This document shows, in pieces, positions 46,165-56,423 of a DNA stretch of 64,000 nt. The stretch's first letter is position 1; the number at the start of each line of letters is the position of its first letter. The translations under genes and the position numbers were made by a program. Under the pieces are notes generated by a model. It was not told the DNA's origin. It made no database searches and saw only the letters and a program-made list of their open reading frames with translations. This DNA is from Verrucomicrobiota bacterium (GTDB lineage: Bacteria > Verrucomicrobiota > Verrucomicrobiia > Limisphaerales > Palsa-1400). Location of the stretch: positions 96,001-160,000 of the forward strand of contig JBEKYR010000005.1 in the NCBI GenBank assembly GCA_049510745.1. Reading direction: 5' to 3'.

Positions 46165-47757
46165 TCACAATTTTACGACCCGCACGTGGCTGATGTCGGG
46201 GTCTTTCTCGATTTCCTCCAGCAATTCCCGCGGGGGCACGCTGTCCAGGTTCAACACCGTCAGCGCCCGCCCTCCGGCCTTGTCCCGCCCCAGGCTCATG
46301 CTGGCAATGTTGAGATTGTGTTTGCCCATCAACGTGCCAATGTAACCCACAATCCCGGGCCGGTCTTTATTATTCATCAGGAACAAGACCCCTTCCGGCA
46401 CGATCTCCACCGGCTGGCCGTTCAGGCGCACGATGCGCGGCAGGCTCCTGGCCCCAAAGACGCTCCCGCCGGCGGAAATCCTTTGCCCGCCGGAAAACAC
46501 CGCCACGTGCAGCCACTCGTTGAAATCGGTCTCTTCGCTCGATTTGATTTCCTGCACCTCCAGGCCCAGGGACGCGGCCAGCGCCCGCACGTTGACCTGG
46601 TTGACCTCTTTGCCGCCGGCCATTTCGAGAAAACCTTTCAGCACCGCCCGCGTGATCGGATCGGTCGGCCATTGCTGGGCCTTGCCGCCGTAAGTGATGT
46701 CGATGCGGTCGTTGCGTTTGGGCGCCAGTTGCGCCACCAAACGGCCCAGCTTTTCCCCCAGGGTCAGGAACGGCTTGACCATCTCGAAGGTCTGCGCGTC
46801 CAGGTTCGGCAGGTTGACCGCGTTGCGCACCGCCCCTGTCAAGAGAAAATCGGTGATGGCTTCGGCCACCTCGATGCCGACGTTTTCCTGCGCCTCTTCC
46901 GTGCTGGCGCCCAGGTGCGGCGTCATCACCACCTGCGGCAGGGCGCGCAAGGGGAAATCGGCCGGAGGCGGTTCGGTTTCATAGACGTCCAGCGCGGCCC
47001 CGCCCACCGTCCCGTTGAGGAGGGCGGCCTGCAAATCGGCTTCGTTGACGATGCCGCCCCGGGCGCAATTGAGAATGCGCACCCCCTTCTTCATCTTGGC
47101 AAAGGCGGCGGCGTTGACCATCCCCTTGGTTTCGTCGGTCATCGGCATGTGAACGGTGATAAAATCGGCCTGGCGGTAAACCTCCTCGACCTGTTCCTTC
47201 AAATCCACCTGCAGCGCCTTGGCGCGGGCCAGCGAGAGGTAAGGATCGTAGGCCAGCACCTTCATCCCAAAGGCCATCGCGCGTTTGGCCACTTCGCTGC
47301 CGATGCGGCCCATGCCGAGGATGCCGAGGGTCTTGTTGTAAAGCTCGGTGCCCTGGAATTCTTTCCGGCTCCATTTCCCCTCTTTCATCGACATGTGGGC
47401 CTGGGGAATCTTGCGCGCCAAAGCCATCAGCATCGAGAAAGTCAACTCGGCCGTCGAGATCGTGTTGCCGCCGGGGGTGTTCATCACCACGATGCCCCGC
47501 TGCGTGGCGGCATCGACATCGACATTGTCCACCCCCACGCCGGCGCGGCCGACGACCCGGAGGTGGGGCGCGGCGTCGATCACCTTTTTGGTGATCTTCG
47601 TTTCTGAGCGGACGACCATGGCCTGGACATCCTTGACCAGGGGCAGCAGATCGGCTTCGGGCGTCTTCTGCTTCAGCACGGTCACTTTAAATTCAGGCCG
47701 CTTCTGCAGCAGCGCGATGCCTTTCGGCGAAATCGGGTCACAGACCAAAACATTCAT
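46165..47757 (-). CDS. serA: D-3-phosphoglycerate dehydrogenase
   Basis: GRAGVGVDN, GMGRIG, NCARGG, PHLGASTEEAQ, C-terminal ACT domain (NKDRPG). Confidence 0.97.
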   Translation of the reverse strand: MNVLVCDPISPKGIALLQKRPEFKVTVLKQKTPEADLLPLVKDVQAMVVRSETKITKKVIDAAPHLRVVGRAGVGVDNVDVDAATQRGIVVMNTPGGNTISTAELTFSMLMALARKIPQAHMSMKEGKWSRKEFQGTELYNKTLGILGMGRIGSEVAKRAMAFGMKVLAYDPYLSLARAKALQVDLKEQVEEVYRQADFITVHMPMTDETKGMVNAAAFAKMKKGVRILNCARGGIVNEADLQAALLNGTVGGAALDVYETEPPPADFPLRALPQVVMTPHLGASTEEAQENVGIEVAEAITDFLLTGAVRNAVNLPNLDAQTFEMVKPFLTLGEKLGRLVAQLAPKRNDRIDITYGGKAQQWPTDPITRAVLKGFLEMAGGKEVNQVNVRALAASLGLEVQEIKSSEETDFNEWLHVAVFSGGQRISAGGSVFGARSLPRIVRLNGQPVEIVPEGVLFLMNNKDRPGIVGYIGTLMGKHNLNIASMSLGRDKAGGRALTVLNLDSVPPRELLEEIEKDPDISHVRVVKL

Positions 47758-47770
47758 AAAATGGAAGCGC

Positions 47771-47799
47771 AGTGTAGGCCATGCCCCCAGGCAGGTCAA
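47771..47799 (-). promoter_or_regulatory. Sigma70 promoter of serA (very short leader)
   Basis: TTGACC-17 nt-TACACT, 13 nt before the ATG. Confidence 0.7.
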
Positions 47800-47878
47800 T
47801 TAAAACAAGGGGTGGAATTTGCGGGGCTTAAACCCATGTTCCGTTTTCCGGGCTTGACCTCCTTCTCCACTATCTTAT

Positions 47879-48235
47879 TTATTTGTTCTGTGCCGCGCTC
47901 GATTGCTGCCTTTGTCTCGCCGCCAGCAAAGCAGAGGTCCAGTGTCCGTAGAACGCGGACGAAAGCGCGGCTCCGATGGCGATCCCGCCAAAAACAAATT
48001 GAAGGCGATAGAGATAGACGGCAATCCGATTTCCGACGTAGGCACAGAAACGTTGATCGTCAAGCAAAAACGCCAGCACACCAGCGACTAGTGCGCTGAC
48101 CGCCACTATTCCTAGTGTGGGTTTCAACGGTTTGGCCTCTGGAAGCTTTGAGAAGGCAAACAACAGCAGAATCGACCCACAGATAATCGGTGTAAGGGCG
48201 CTGATTTGGTCATGGCTCATAGCTAACCTTTCCAT
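47879..48235 (-). CDS. Small low-GC membrane protein
   Basis: Three hydrophobic segments, 118 aa. Confidence 0.5.
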   Translation of the reverse strand: MERLAMSHDQISALTPIICGSILLLFAFSKLPEAKPLKPTLGIVAVSALVAGVLAFLLDDQRFCAYVGNRIAVYLYRLQFVFGGIAIGAALSSAFYGHWTSALLAARQRQQSSAAQNK

Positions 48236-48609
48236 TTATAGAAAAACTAAAGGGGTTAAAGAGGTCATAGCAGGGGGCGCCCGGAATTCGAAATAACATT
48301 CTGTAAGTTGCTGGCATGTCAACATTTTGTGTGTCCCTGTTCATGGAGCCTCCGATGGGCGGATTTCCAGGACCCCATTTCCAGCCGGCCGCAAACCCAT
48401 TTGAGGGGCATGGCCGGTTCCCGCCGCATCGCCGGATAAGACCGCTTCCCGACGCTCGCCCCGGCTCATCAAAGGATAAATCGCGTCCGCATATTGCAGA
48501 TGGAGATCTCGAGCCATGCTCGAAGCCTGCCCCCTCCCGCCCGCTCTGTCAAGCAACAATGCGGCGAGCCAAAACATCCGGGTGCAGGACAAATTTTTCG
48601 GATGGCCCA

Positions 48610-49959
48610 TTACGGCCGCGACAGGCAATAAAGACTCCGCCGCGCGCGGAGGAATAGGTCCTTGTCCACCAGCGCCAGGGAGGCGTCGGAGTGGTCCTCC
48701 CCCACTTTGTTGACCGCCAGCACCACCGGCTCCGGGCCTTTCTTGAGCACGACGCACGCCCCTTCCCGGCTCAGGATGTAAACCCGGTCCCGCGCCGCCA
48801 CCGGCGACGCGAACACCCCCCTCACCCCTTCCAGCCGCTCATGCTCGAAATAAACCCGCCCGCTCGCGGCGTCGAAGCACGACACAATGGCGTCGTTGCC
48901 GGAAATCACGTAAAGAAAATTATCCGTCAATAATGGCGACGGCACGTAAGGGGTGTTTTTCCCGTGGCTCCAGACAAGGGCGTCGGTGCCGGTCAAATCG
49001 CCCTCCCGGCCCAGGCGGATGGCCTGCAAGGCGCTGCCCCTGAAGCCGCTGGTCAAATAGACCACGCCGCGCGCGGCCACGGGGCTGGGAATGGCGTTGG
49101 CCGTTTGTCCCGAACACGACCAAAGCTCCTTGCCGGTGGCCAGATCGTAGGCGCGCACTTTCTTCGAGGCGTTGACGATGATCTGCCGCTGGCCGTTGCA
49201 TTCGACAATCAGCGGCGTGGACCAGCCGGTCGCTTCGTCGCGCGGGGTCCGCCACAGTTCCTGGCCGGAGGCGGTGTCCAGCGCGGCGATGAATCCCTCG
49301 CCTTCCTGATCCCAATTGACGACGACCCGCCCGCCCCACAGAGCCGGTGAGGCGCCTTCGCCGAAACCCATCTTGGTCTTCATTTTGCCGAAATCCTTTT
49401 CCCACTTCAGGTTTCCCTCAACGTCATAACAGTGCAGCCCGCGCGAGCCAAAGAATGCCAGCAACTGGCGGCCGTCGGTCACCGGCGAGGCGGAGGCGAA
49501 GGTGTTGTTTTCCTGATGCCCCTCGTGCGGCGCCTCCTGGCGGGCGACTCGTTGCCAGAGGATTTTGCCGCTGGCGCGGTCCAGGCAGAGGACGACGAAC
49601 TGGTAAACCTCAGTCGGGGCCTGCGGCGCGGCGGGCGCGGCGGCGTTCGTCCCGCTCGCAATGGCCGTCAGAAGAAAAACGCGGCCGCCCCACACGATGG
49701 GCGTGGAGTCGCCCTCGCCGGGGATCGTGGTTTTCCACTTGACGTTATTGGTTTCGCTCCAAGTCACCGGCGGGTCCGCCTGCGGTGCTTCACCCGTGCC
49801 GAGCGGCCCCCTCCACTGCGGCCAAAACTGTTCCGCGGCCGGGTCCGCCAAGGCGGCGGCGTTGCCCGCCAGGCAACCGCCCAGCGCCAGCGCGGCCAGC
49901 GAAAAAAACAAGGGACGTCGGACGACGGACAACAAACATGCAGGCGCGGCAGTATTCAT
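48610..49959 (-). CDS. PQQ-binding-like beta-propeller protein (BamB-like family)
   Basis: WPQWRGP.GTG, repeated 'ALD..SG.ELW', YVPSP, ASPV. Confidence 0.92.
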   Translation of the reverse strand: MNTAAPACLLSVVRRPLFFSLAALALGGCLAGNAAALADPAAEQFWPQWRGPLGTGEAPQADPPVTWSETNNVKWKTTIPGEGDSTPIVWGGRVFLLTAIASGTNAAAPAAPQAPTEVYQFVVLCLDRASGKILWQRVARQEAPHEGHQENNTFASASPVTDGRQLLAFFGSRGLHCYDVEGNLKWEKDFGKMKTKMGFGEGASPALWGGRVVVNWDQEGEGFIAALDTASGQELWRTPRDEATGWSTPLIVECNGQRQIIVNASKKVRAYDLATGKELWSCSGQTANAIPSPVAARGVVYLTSGFRGSALQAIRLGREGDLTGTDALVWSHGKNTPYVPSPLLTDNFLYVISGNDAIVSCFDAASGRVYFEHERLEGVRGVFASPVAARDRVYILSREGACVVLKKGPEPVVLAVNKVGEDHSDASLALVDKDLFLRARRSLYCLSRP

Positions 49960-50034
49960 ATTGCAGGAAACATCATTAAGGCTTCCCCACCAATGCCCCG
50001 GAACCCGCGCGCCGGCAAGCCAATTCCGCCCGCG

Positions 50035-50393
50035 GGTGCGCATCTCCGTTTTTGGCAGGGAACGGACATGGTCACAGGAGGTCCAAAAACCGAGATCCGC
50101 CCGTCGGCCCGCCCGGATTCCAGATTTTTCTCGACAGAGGGGAAACTTGAAGTTAGACTCCCCGCATTGCGGCTTTCAATGCGGGGAGTCTCAACTTTAA
50201 ATTCGCCTAAATCCATGGCGATGCCCTCACTCTGTTCACCAAATGGTGCCTGTCGCCGCGCCCTGATTTCCGCCGGGGAGATGTCCGCCGCCGCCAAGGC
50301 TTTGGCGGACCAGCCGGCGGGAGGAACCGAGCCCGCCTGCGCGCGGCGGCAGCGTCCCGGCCTGGGGATTGTCCAAAAACTGAGAGGCGCCCC
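50035..50393 (-). mobile_element. MITE-like repeat, copy 2, with 21-bp terminal inverted repeats
   Basis: GGTGCGCATCTCCGTTTTTGG ... CCAAAAACTGAGAGGCGCCCC (18/21 match); carries an extra ~30-bp palindromic insert at ~50283-50312. Confidence 0.82.
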
Positions 50394-50664
50394 GCGCGCG
50401 GCCGCAAACCGGCGTCTCGAACCGGGTAATTTTTGACTTTAAATCGGGCGGCGTCCCATGTATGAAGAGGCCCGGAATACTCGACAAAGATGAAGAGTCA
50501 AGCGGAGCAGCCCCAACAGGACGCGGCCGCCGGAGAAGCAAGCCCTCCGGCCACCGCGCGGTTTGGTTTGACAGACCGGGCCGCTTGGTGCAGCCTGCTG
50601 GACATGAGTTTCCAGGCCGCAACCCGTTGCCGGTTTCCGTCGATTGCGTGATTAATGCCCGTCT

Positions 50665-52296
50665 ATGAGCACACGATCCCTGCGATTCAAAGTTGCCACC
50701 GAAGATTGGGAGTTTGAACAGATTCATCAACTCAATTACCGCACCTTTGTGGAGGAAATCCCCCAGCACCCCTCGCCGGGCACCCCGCGGCTGGTCGATA
50801 AATTCCACAGCGGGAACACCTACCTCATCTGTTTGTGCGGCGACCGCGTGGCCGGCATGATCGCGGCGCGGGGGGAGCGCCCCTTTTCGCTCGATCAAAA
50901 ATTGCCCAACCTCGATTCCTATCTGCCCCCCGGCCGGCGCATCTGCGAAATCCGTCTGCTCTCGGTCGAGAAAGAGTTCCGCAACACCCAGGTCTTCCGC
51001 GGCCTGGCGGCCTTGATGTGGCAGTACGGCCTGGAGCACGGCTACGATCTGGGCGTCATTTCCGGCACCACTCGACAGCAGAAACTTTACCGGCACCTGG
51101 GGTTTGTGCCGTTCGGACCCCAGGTAGGGACGGGCGAGGCGCTCTTCCAGCCCATGTATCTGACGTTGGAGAATTTTGAAAAGCAGGCCGAGGATTTCCT
51201 GCGCCAGCCGATGCGGGCCAGGGGGGCGGCCAGTTTTCTGCCGGGACCCGTCGCCATTGCCGACTCGGTGCGGCGCGCCTTCGAGCGTCCGCCCGAATCC
51301 CATCGGTCGGATTTATTCCTCGCCGAGTTTCAGAAGGTGCGCCGGCGCCTCTGCCAACTGGTGCGCGCCCGCGATGTCCAGATCCTGCTCGGCTCGGGCA
51401 CGCTGGCCAACGATGCCGTCGGCGCCCAACTGAGTCTGGAGAAAAAACCGGGGCTGATTGTGAGCAACGGCGAATTTGGCGAGCGCCTCATCGATCATGC
51501 CTCCCGTTTCGGCCTGACCTTTGACAGTTTGAAACTCCGCTGGGGCGAGCCGTTCAACATTCTGGCCATCGAGCACTTCCTCTCGCGGACGCCCCCGATC
51601 GGCTGGCTCTGGTGCGTCCACTCCGAGACCTCCACCGGCATGTTGAACCCGCTTTCCGCCCTGCAATCCCTCTGCGGGCGCAGCGACGTCAAGTTGTGCG
51701 TCGATTGCATCAGTTCCATCGGCCTGGCCCCGGTCAACCTCGAAGGGGTTTATCTGGCCTCGGGCGCCAGCGGCAAGGGCTTGGCCGGCTATCCGGGTCT
51801 GTGCCTGGTCTTTCACAATCACGCCATCGCCTCCTCGCCCGTCTTGCCGCGCTATTTGGATTTGGGCTGGTACGCCGCCCATCAAGGCGTCGCCTTCACC
51901 CATTCCTCCAATTTGGTCGCGGCCCTGGACGCCGCCGTGCGGCAAACCGATTGGCCCAGGAAACTGGGCGACGTGGCGGCGGCCTCCGCCCGCCTGCGCC
52001 CCCGCTTGCGCGCGCTGGGGTTTCAACTGGTCACCCCGGACGCCGACGCCACTCCCGGCGTGTTGACCATCGCCCTGCCTTCCGGCCAGGACTCGGTCGA
52101 GCTTGGCCAGAAACTGCACGACACGGGCTTTCTGCTCAGCTACAACAGCGATTATCTCCGGCATCGCAATTGGATTCAAATCTGCCTCATGGGCCAGTAC
52201 TCGGCGGAGAAGCTCGATGCCCTGGCCGACTGGCTGGGCAGTAATGCCGCGCCGCGCCCCGCGAATTCTTTCGCCCACATCACGCTGGCGGGGTGA
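50665..52296 (+). CDS. GNAT-fold acyltransferase fused to a class V PLP-dependent enzyme
   Basis: N-terminal QIHQLNYRTFVEEIPQH..EIRLLSVE..LYRHLGF; C-terminal FLPGP, GSGT.AND, NGEFGERL, HSETSTG, DCISS, SGKGL. Confidence 0.88.
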   Translation: MSTRSLRFKVATEDWEFEQIHQLNYRTFVEEIPQHPSPGTPRLVDKFHSGNTYLICLCGDRVAGMIAARGERPFSLDQKLPNLDSYLPPGRRICEIRLLSVEKEFRNTQVFRGLAALMWQYGLEHGYDLGVISGTTRQQKLYRHLGFVPFGPQVGTGEALFQPMYLTLENFEKQAEDFLRQPMRARGAASFLPGPVAIADSVRRAFERPPESHRSDLFLAEFQKVRRRLCQLVRARDVQILLGSGTLANDAVGAQLSLEKKPGLIVSNGEFGERLIDHASRFGLTFDSLKLRWGEPFNILAIEHFLSRTPPIGWLWCVHSETSTGMLNPLSALQSLCGRSDVKLCVDCISSIGLAPVNLEGVYLASGASGKGLAGYPGLCLVFHNHAIASSPVLPRYLDLGWYAAHQGVAFTHSSNLVAALDAAVRQTDWPRKLGDVAAASARLRPRLRALGFQLVTPDADATPGVLTIALPSGQDSVELGQKLHDTGFLLSYNSDYLRHRNWIQICLMGQYSAEKLDALADWLGSNAAPRPANSFAHITLAG

Positions 52297-52459
52297 CGGG
52301 GCGGACGCCGAACACTTGCTCTATCCACTTCAAATCAAACCAGATGCGCTCGTGCGGGAAGCCGTCCACCGGCAGGCGCGACGCGGGGCTGCCGTCACTT
52401 TGTTGCAGTTTCCAGTTGTAAATCTCCCGCCAACCTGATACACCATCCGCGCTTGCCAA

Positions 52460-55400
52460 ATGAGAAAAGGATTAATGTTGTTCCCGAAAATCCATAGCGT
52501 TCCAGTTACATTCCGGTGGATGGCCCGCGCGGTTCTGCCGGCGGCCCTCTTCCTGGTGCTGGGCCGGGAGGTCACCGGCCAGGGTTTCAATCCCGGCACC
52601 CCGGTGGATATCAGCCAGTATGCGGGCAATGAGGTGGACCCGGCGGTGGCCATCAGTCCGCTCAACACCGCCAATGTGTTTGTCGCCGCCATGTCCGATA
52701 CGTCCAACGGCTTGTTTGCCGCCATCAGCGCCAACCAGGGCCAGTCCTGGACCAAGGCCATCATCGCCAACGGCAAGGACAAGTTGGTGCAGGCTTACGG
52801 CGAGCCGTCGGTCGCCTGGGATGCTTACGGCAATTTGTATGTGGCGTACCTGCCGGCAACCTATGAAGGGGTGGCGGTGGCCATCAGCACCAACAACGGC
52901 AAAAACTTTTCCGCCCTCACCAACTTGGCGGCGGCCGATGCGACCGACACCCCCCGCATTGCCACAGGCCCCAACGGCTCCAACGCTTCGGTTTGGGTGG
53001 TCTATAAGGACTATACTTTGCCCGGAATGCCCCTGGTGGTGGAAGGCCTCCTGGCGACCAACCTCGGAACCAATGTTTCCTTTGGCCCGCCCCTGACGAT
53101 TCCCGGCTCCGCCAACGGCGGGTTTCCCGATATCGCCATTGGCCCGGCGGGCCAGGTCATGGTCGCCTACCAGACTAATCTCACCGGCTCCGCCGCCTCC
53201 AGGATTTTCGTCAGCGTCAATACCAATGCCTTCGGGACCAACGCCTTTTCCACCCCTGTCATCGCGACCGGCGACGCCGTCGGCGGCCTGACTTATATTC
53301 CCGCCCAACCCAACGGCATCGGCGTCAGCGCGACTCCCGGCCTGGCCTTCGATCTGGACCCTTACAGTTTATTCTACGGACGCGCTTACCTGGTCTATTC
53401 CGCCCTCGGCTCCCAGGGAAATATGTTCATTGGTTTGCGCTACTCCATCAACAATGGCGCCAGATGGAGCGCGGAAACGACGGTCAACGACGACGCCACC
53501 GGGAACAGCCACTTTTTCCCGCGCGTGGCGGTCGATCCGGCCACCGGCATCGTGGGGTGCTCCTGGTATGACTGCCGCAACGACTTGGGGGCGGAGTCGC
53601 AAATGCCCATCGAAACCGGGACTGTCAGTTATGTTTTTCCCAACATCAATGGTTCGAACATTGTGGTCATCACCAACGGCATTTACAATGCGACCCTCAG
53701 CGTCGTGACCAACAGTCCGGCAGTCGATGTTTTTACGGTCGTTGTTACCGCCACTAACCTCCCGGGCGATATTGTCGCTTCGGATGGAGTGCAAAACATC
53801 TTTCTTAAGTCCACTCTTGCAACTTACATGGACTTGGAACTCTCCGGCGACACCAGCACCAATGCGCAAGGCATCAACTCGTCGGTCACCCTCACGTTGA
53901 TGGACTTGTTTCCCAACGCCTTTACCGCGGGAAACATGGCCAACCAGGAGCCTATGATGTACGCCACCATCAGCACCAATGGCGGCGTCTCTTTCATGGC
54001 CAACAAATCCGTTCTATCGACCAGTTTGTTGATTAGTCCCGATGCGCCCATCAACCCGCCCGTCCTTGGGTTCGCTTCAAAAGACGTTGGCTCCGGAAGC
54101 GCCCTCGGCTTCGGCAACTACACCGGGCTGGCCTTTTCCGGGGGAAATTTCTATCCGGTGTGGGCCGACAATTCGGATTTCTTCCTCAAAAATCCCAATG
54201 GGGTGTTAAGCAATTTCGATCTGACCTCATCCACGGTGGTGGTGCCCAGCGCCGATCTGGCGCTCTTTGTCACCAATTCCCCCAACCCGGTCTTGTCCGC
54301 CGGCGTGGTCGTTTTCTCGCTGGTCGTCATCAACAATGGCCCCAACGCCTCCACTTGCGTCGTCACCGACACCCTCCCGGCCAACGTCACCTTTGAGTCG
54401 GTCGTGCCGGCCGTGGGAGCCTCCTATAGCGTCAACGGACAGACCGTGGTCCTGACGTTCCCCAGCATTAGCGCCAAGACCTCTCTCACCAATTTGATTC
54501 GCGTGACCGCCACCTCTTCAGGCTACGGCACCAATTTCGCCATTGTCTCAGGGCCGCTGCCCGACACGGTGCCCTCCAACAACGTCAACACGCTGGTCGT
54601 CTTGTTCGCCGGCGAAGACTTGGGGGTGAGCATGGCCTCTTCCTCCAGCAACGTCTTCGGCGGGCAAACCATCACCAACACCATCACGGTGTCCAATCTC
54701 GGCCCGGCCGCCAACCAGCAGGTTCTGGTCTCGAATCTTTTCTCCGCCAATTGGGGCCAGATCGCCGTGCTCTCGGGCGGCTGGACTCAGGCCCTGAGCG
54801 CAACTTCCCCCGGCACCTACTCGATCAGCAACAACCTCCTGGTCTTGAACCTGGGGACCTTGTCCTCAAACCAAACCACCAACATCATGGTGTCCGCCCT
54901 GGCTTTGGCGACCACTCCCACCGCCTTCGACCTCGTCTCTGTGTTCAGTCTGGATTACGACCCCAACCTGGCCAACAACGCCGCCAGCATCACCACCGCC
55001 ATGACGGCCGAGTCGCTCGGCATCGGCGTTTCAACCTCGCCCACCAACTCCGTCACCGGTATGCCCCTGACATTTACGATCAATGTGACCAACTTCGGCC
55101 CTTCCTCCTATGGATTCGTGACGGTCACAGACACGGTGCCGGCCGGCTTTAATTCGATTACGGTCGTCCAATCTCCCAATCCCGCCACCGTTCAGGGCAA
55201 CACCATCTCGTTCCCGGTCGGAGTGCTTGCCAGCAACACGGCAGCCACTCTGGTCTTCACCGCCGTCCCGCAAATCGCCGGGACGGTTACGAACACGGCC
55301 GTTGCTTCTTCGTTTGATTACGCCCCGAACGTCGCCAGTTACATGGTCATCGCCGCTCAACCGCCGCCGCCGCCCATTGAAAATTTCGTCGTCATCCCGG

Positions 55401-56416
55401 GGGGCAGCGGCGCCTTTCTGGTCTGGGATACCCCCGTCAGCGCGACGGCCCAGGCCGCTTATGGGCTGACCCCCGGCTATGGCAGCATTTCCTCCAGCAA
55501 CGGACCCTCGACCCATCACATCATCCTGCTCACCGGCTTGCTTCGGGACACCAATTACTACTTCAACGCCTGGTCCTGGGAGAACGGAACCCTCTACTCC
55601 ACCAACGGCTCCTTCGGCACCACCAACTCTCTTATTCTCAATACTCAGGATGCCTCCTACACCGGTCTCTGGACGGCCAGCAGCACCGGCATCGGCATTT
55701 ACGGCGCCTACTATCAGTCGGCCAACACAACCCAGAGCAGTAGTTTCACCGCCTCGGCCACCTACACCCCGGTCATTCCCGTCCAGGGCAATTACAACAT
55801 CTCGATCTGGTACCCGGAAAGTTCCATCTTCTCATCCAACGCCCAGGTCTATGTCTCCGGCGCAACCAATGAAGTCGTCACCAACGTCAACCAAACCACC
55901 AACGGCGGTAGCTGGCAACCCCTGGCCGGCGACATTTTTTTCACCAACGGCGCGGGCGGCAACGTCGCCATCTACAACAACACCGGGGAAACCAACCGCG
56001 GCGTGGCCGCCAACGCCATGCGCTGGGTTTATGACCCGGCCCAGGACGCTCCGGCCGGGGCCGTTCCCGCCTGGTGGTCTGCTGTCTATTTCGGCCACAC
56101 CGTCAGCGGTTCGGCCGATGCCGACGGCGACGGCTATTCCAACTATGCGGAATATGTTTTTGGCACCGACCCCACCGATCCCGCCTCCCACCTGAATTTC
56201 TCGGTGACCTCTCTGGCCGGTGGCACCGTCACGGTCAACTTCACGCCCTTCCAGGGTGGCCGCCTCTATCAACTCCTGGCCAGCACCGATTTGATCGCCT
56301 GGACAACCCTCACCAATGCGGCCTCGGTTGACACCAATGGCAACGGCTTCTTCACCGTCACCCAACCGGCCGCCGCCAGCGCCTTCTACCGTCTCTCCGC
56401 CACAGTAACCCCGTGA
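52460..56416 (+). CDS. Large secreted multidomain protein (BNR/sialidase-like propeller, DUF11-like repeats, FN3-like, C-terminal DxDGDG module)
   Basis: Asp-box-like S.NNG..(F/W)S; 'ADL...N.GP...VTDTLP' and 'DP..ANN' repeats; DADGDGYSNYAEYVFGTDP; STDL..W...FYRL. Confidence 0.85.
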   Translation: MRKGLMLFPKIHSVPVTFRWMARAVLPAALFLVLGREVTGQGFNPGTPVDISQYAGNEVDPAVAISPLNTANVFVAAMSDTSNGLFAAISANQGQSWTKAIIANGKDKLVQAYGEPSVAWDAYGNLYVAYLPATYEGVAVAISTNNGKNFSALTNLAAADATDTPRIATGPNGSNASVWVVYKDYTLPGMPLVVEGLLATNLGTNVSFGPPLTIPGSANGGFPDIAIGPAGQVMVAYQTNLTGSAASRIFVSVNTNAFGTNAFSTPVIATGDAVGGLTYIPAQPNGIGVSATPGLAFDLDPYSLFYGRAYLVYSALGSQGNMFIGLRYSINNGARWSAETTVNDDATGNSHFFPRVAVDPATGIVGCSWYDCRNDLGAESQMPIETGTVSYVFPNINGSNIVVITNGIYNATLSVVTNSPAVDVFTVVVTATNLPGDIVASDGVQNIFLKSTLATYMDLELSGDTSTNAQGINSSVTLTLMDLFPNAFTAGNMANQEPMMYATISTNGGVSFMANKSVLSTSLLISPDAPINPPVLGFASKDVGSGSALGFGNYTGLAFSGGNFYPVWADNSDFFLKNPNGVLSNFDLTSSTVVVPSADLALFVTNSPNPVLSAGVVVFSLVVINNGPNASTCVVTDTLPANVTFESVVPAVGASYSVNGQTVVLTFPSISAKTSLTNLIRVTATSSGYGTNFAIVSGPLPDTVPSNNVNTLVVLFAGEDLGVSMASSSSNVFGGQTITNTITVSNLGPAANQQVLVSNLFSANWGQIAVLSGGWTQALSATSPGTYSISNNLLVLNLGTLSSNQTTNIMVSALALATTPTAFDLVSVFSLDYDPNLANNAASITTAMTAESLGIGVSTSPTNSVTGMPLTFTINVTNFGPSSYGFVTVTDTVPAGFNSITVVQSPNPATVQGNTISFPVGVLASNTAATLVFTAVPQIAGTVTNTAVASSFDYAPNVASYMVIAAQPPPPPIENFVVIPGGSGAFLVWDTPVSATAQAAYGLTPGYGSISSSNGPSTHHIILLTGLLRDTNYYFNAWSWENGTLYSTNGSFGTTNSLILNTQDASYTGLWTASSTGIGIYGAYYQSANTTQSSSFTASATYTPVIPVQGNYNISIWYPESSIFSSNAQVYVSGATNEVVTNVNQTTNGGSWQPLAGDIFFTNGAGGNVAIYNNTGETNRGVAANAMRWVYDPAQDAPAGAVPAWWSAVYFGHTVSGSADADGDGYSNYAEYVFGTDPTDPASHLNFSVTSLAGGTVTVNFTPFQGGRLYQLLASTDLIAWTTLTNAASVDTNGNGFFTVTQPAAASAFYRLSATVTP

Positions 56417-56423
56417 GACGTTT

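Noticed and set aside
48260..48600. Possible further mobile remnant or RNA
   Set aside because: No second copy, terminal repeats or convincing structure could be established by eye.
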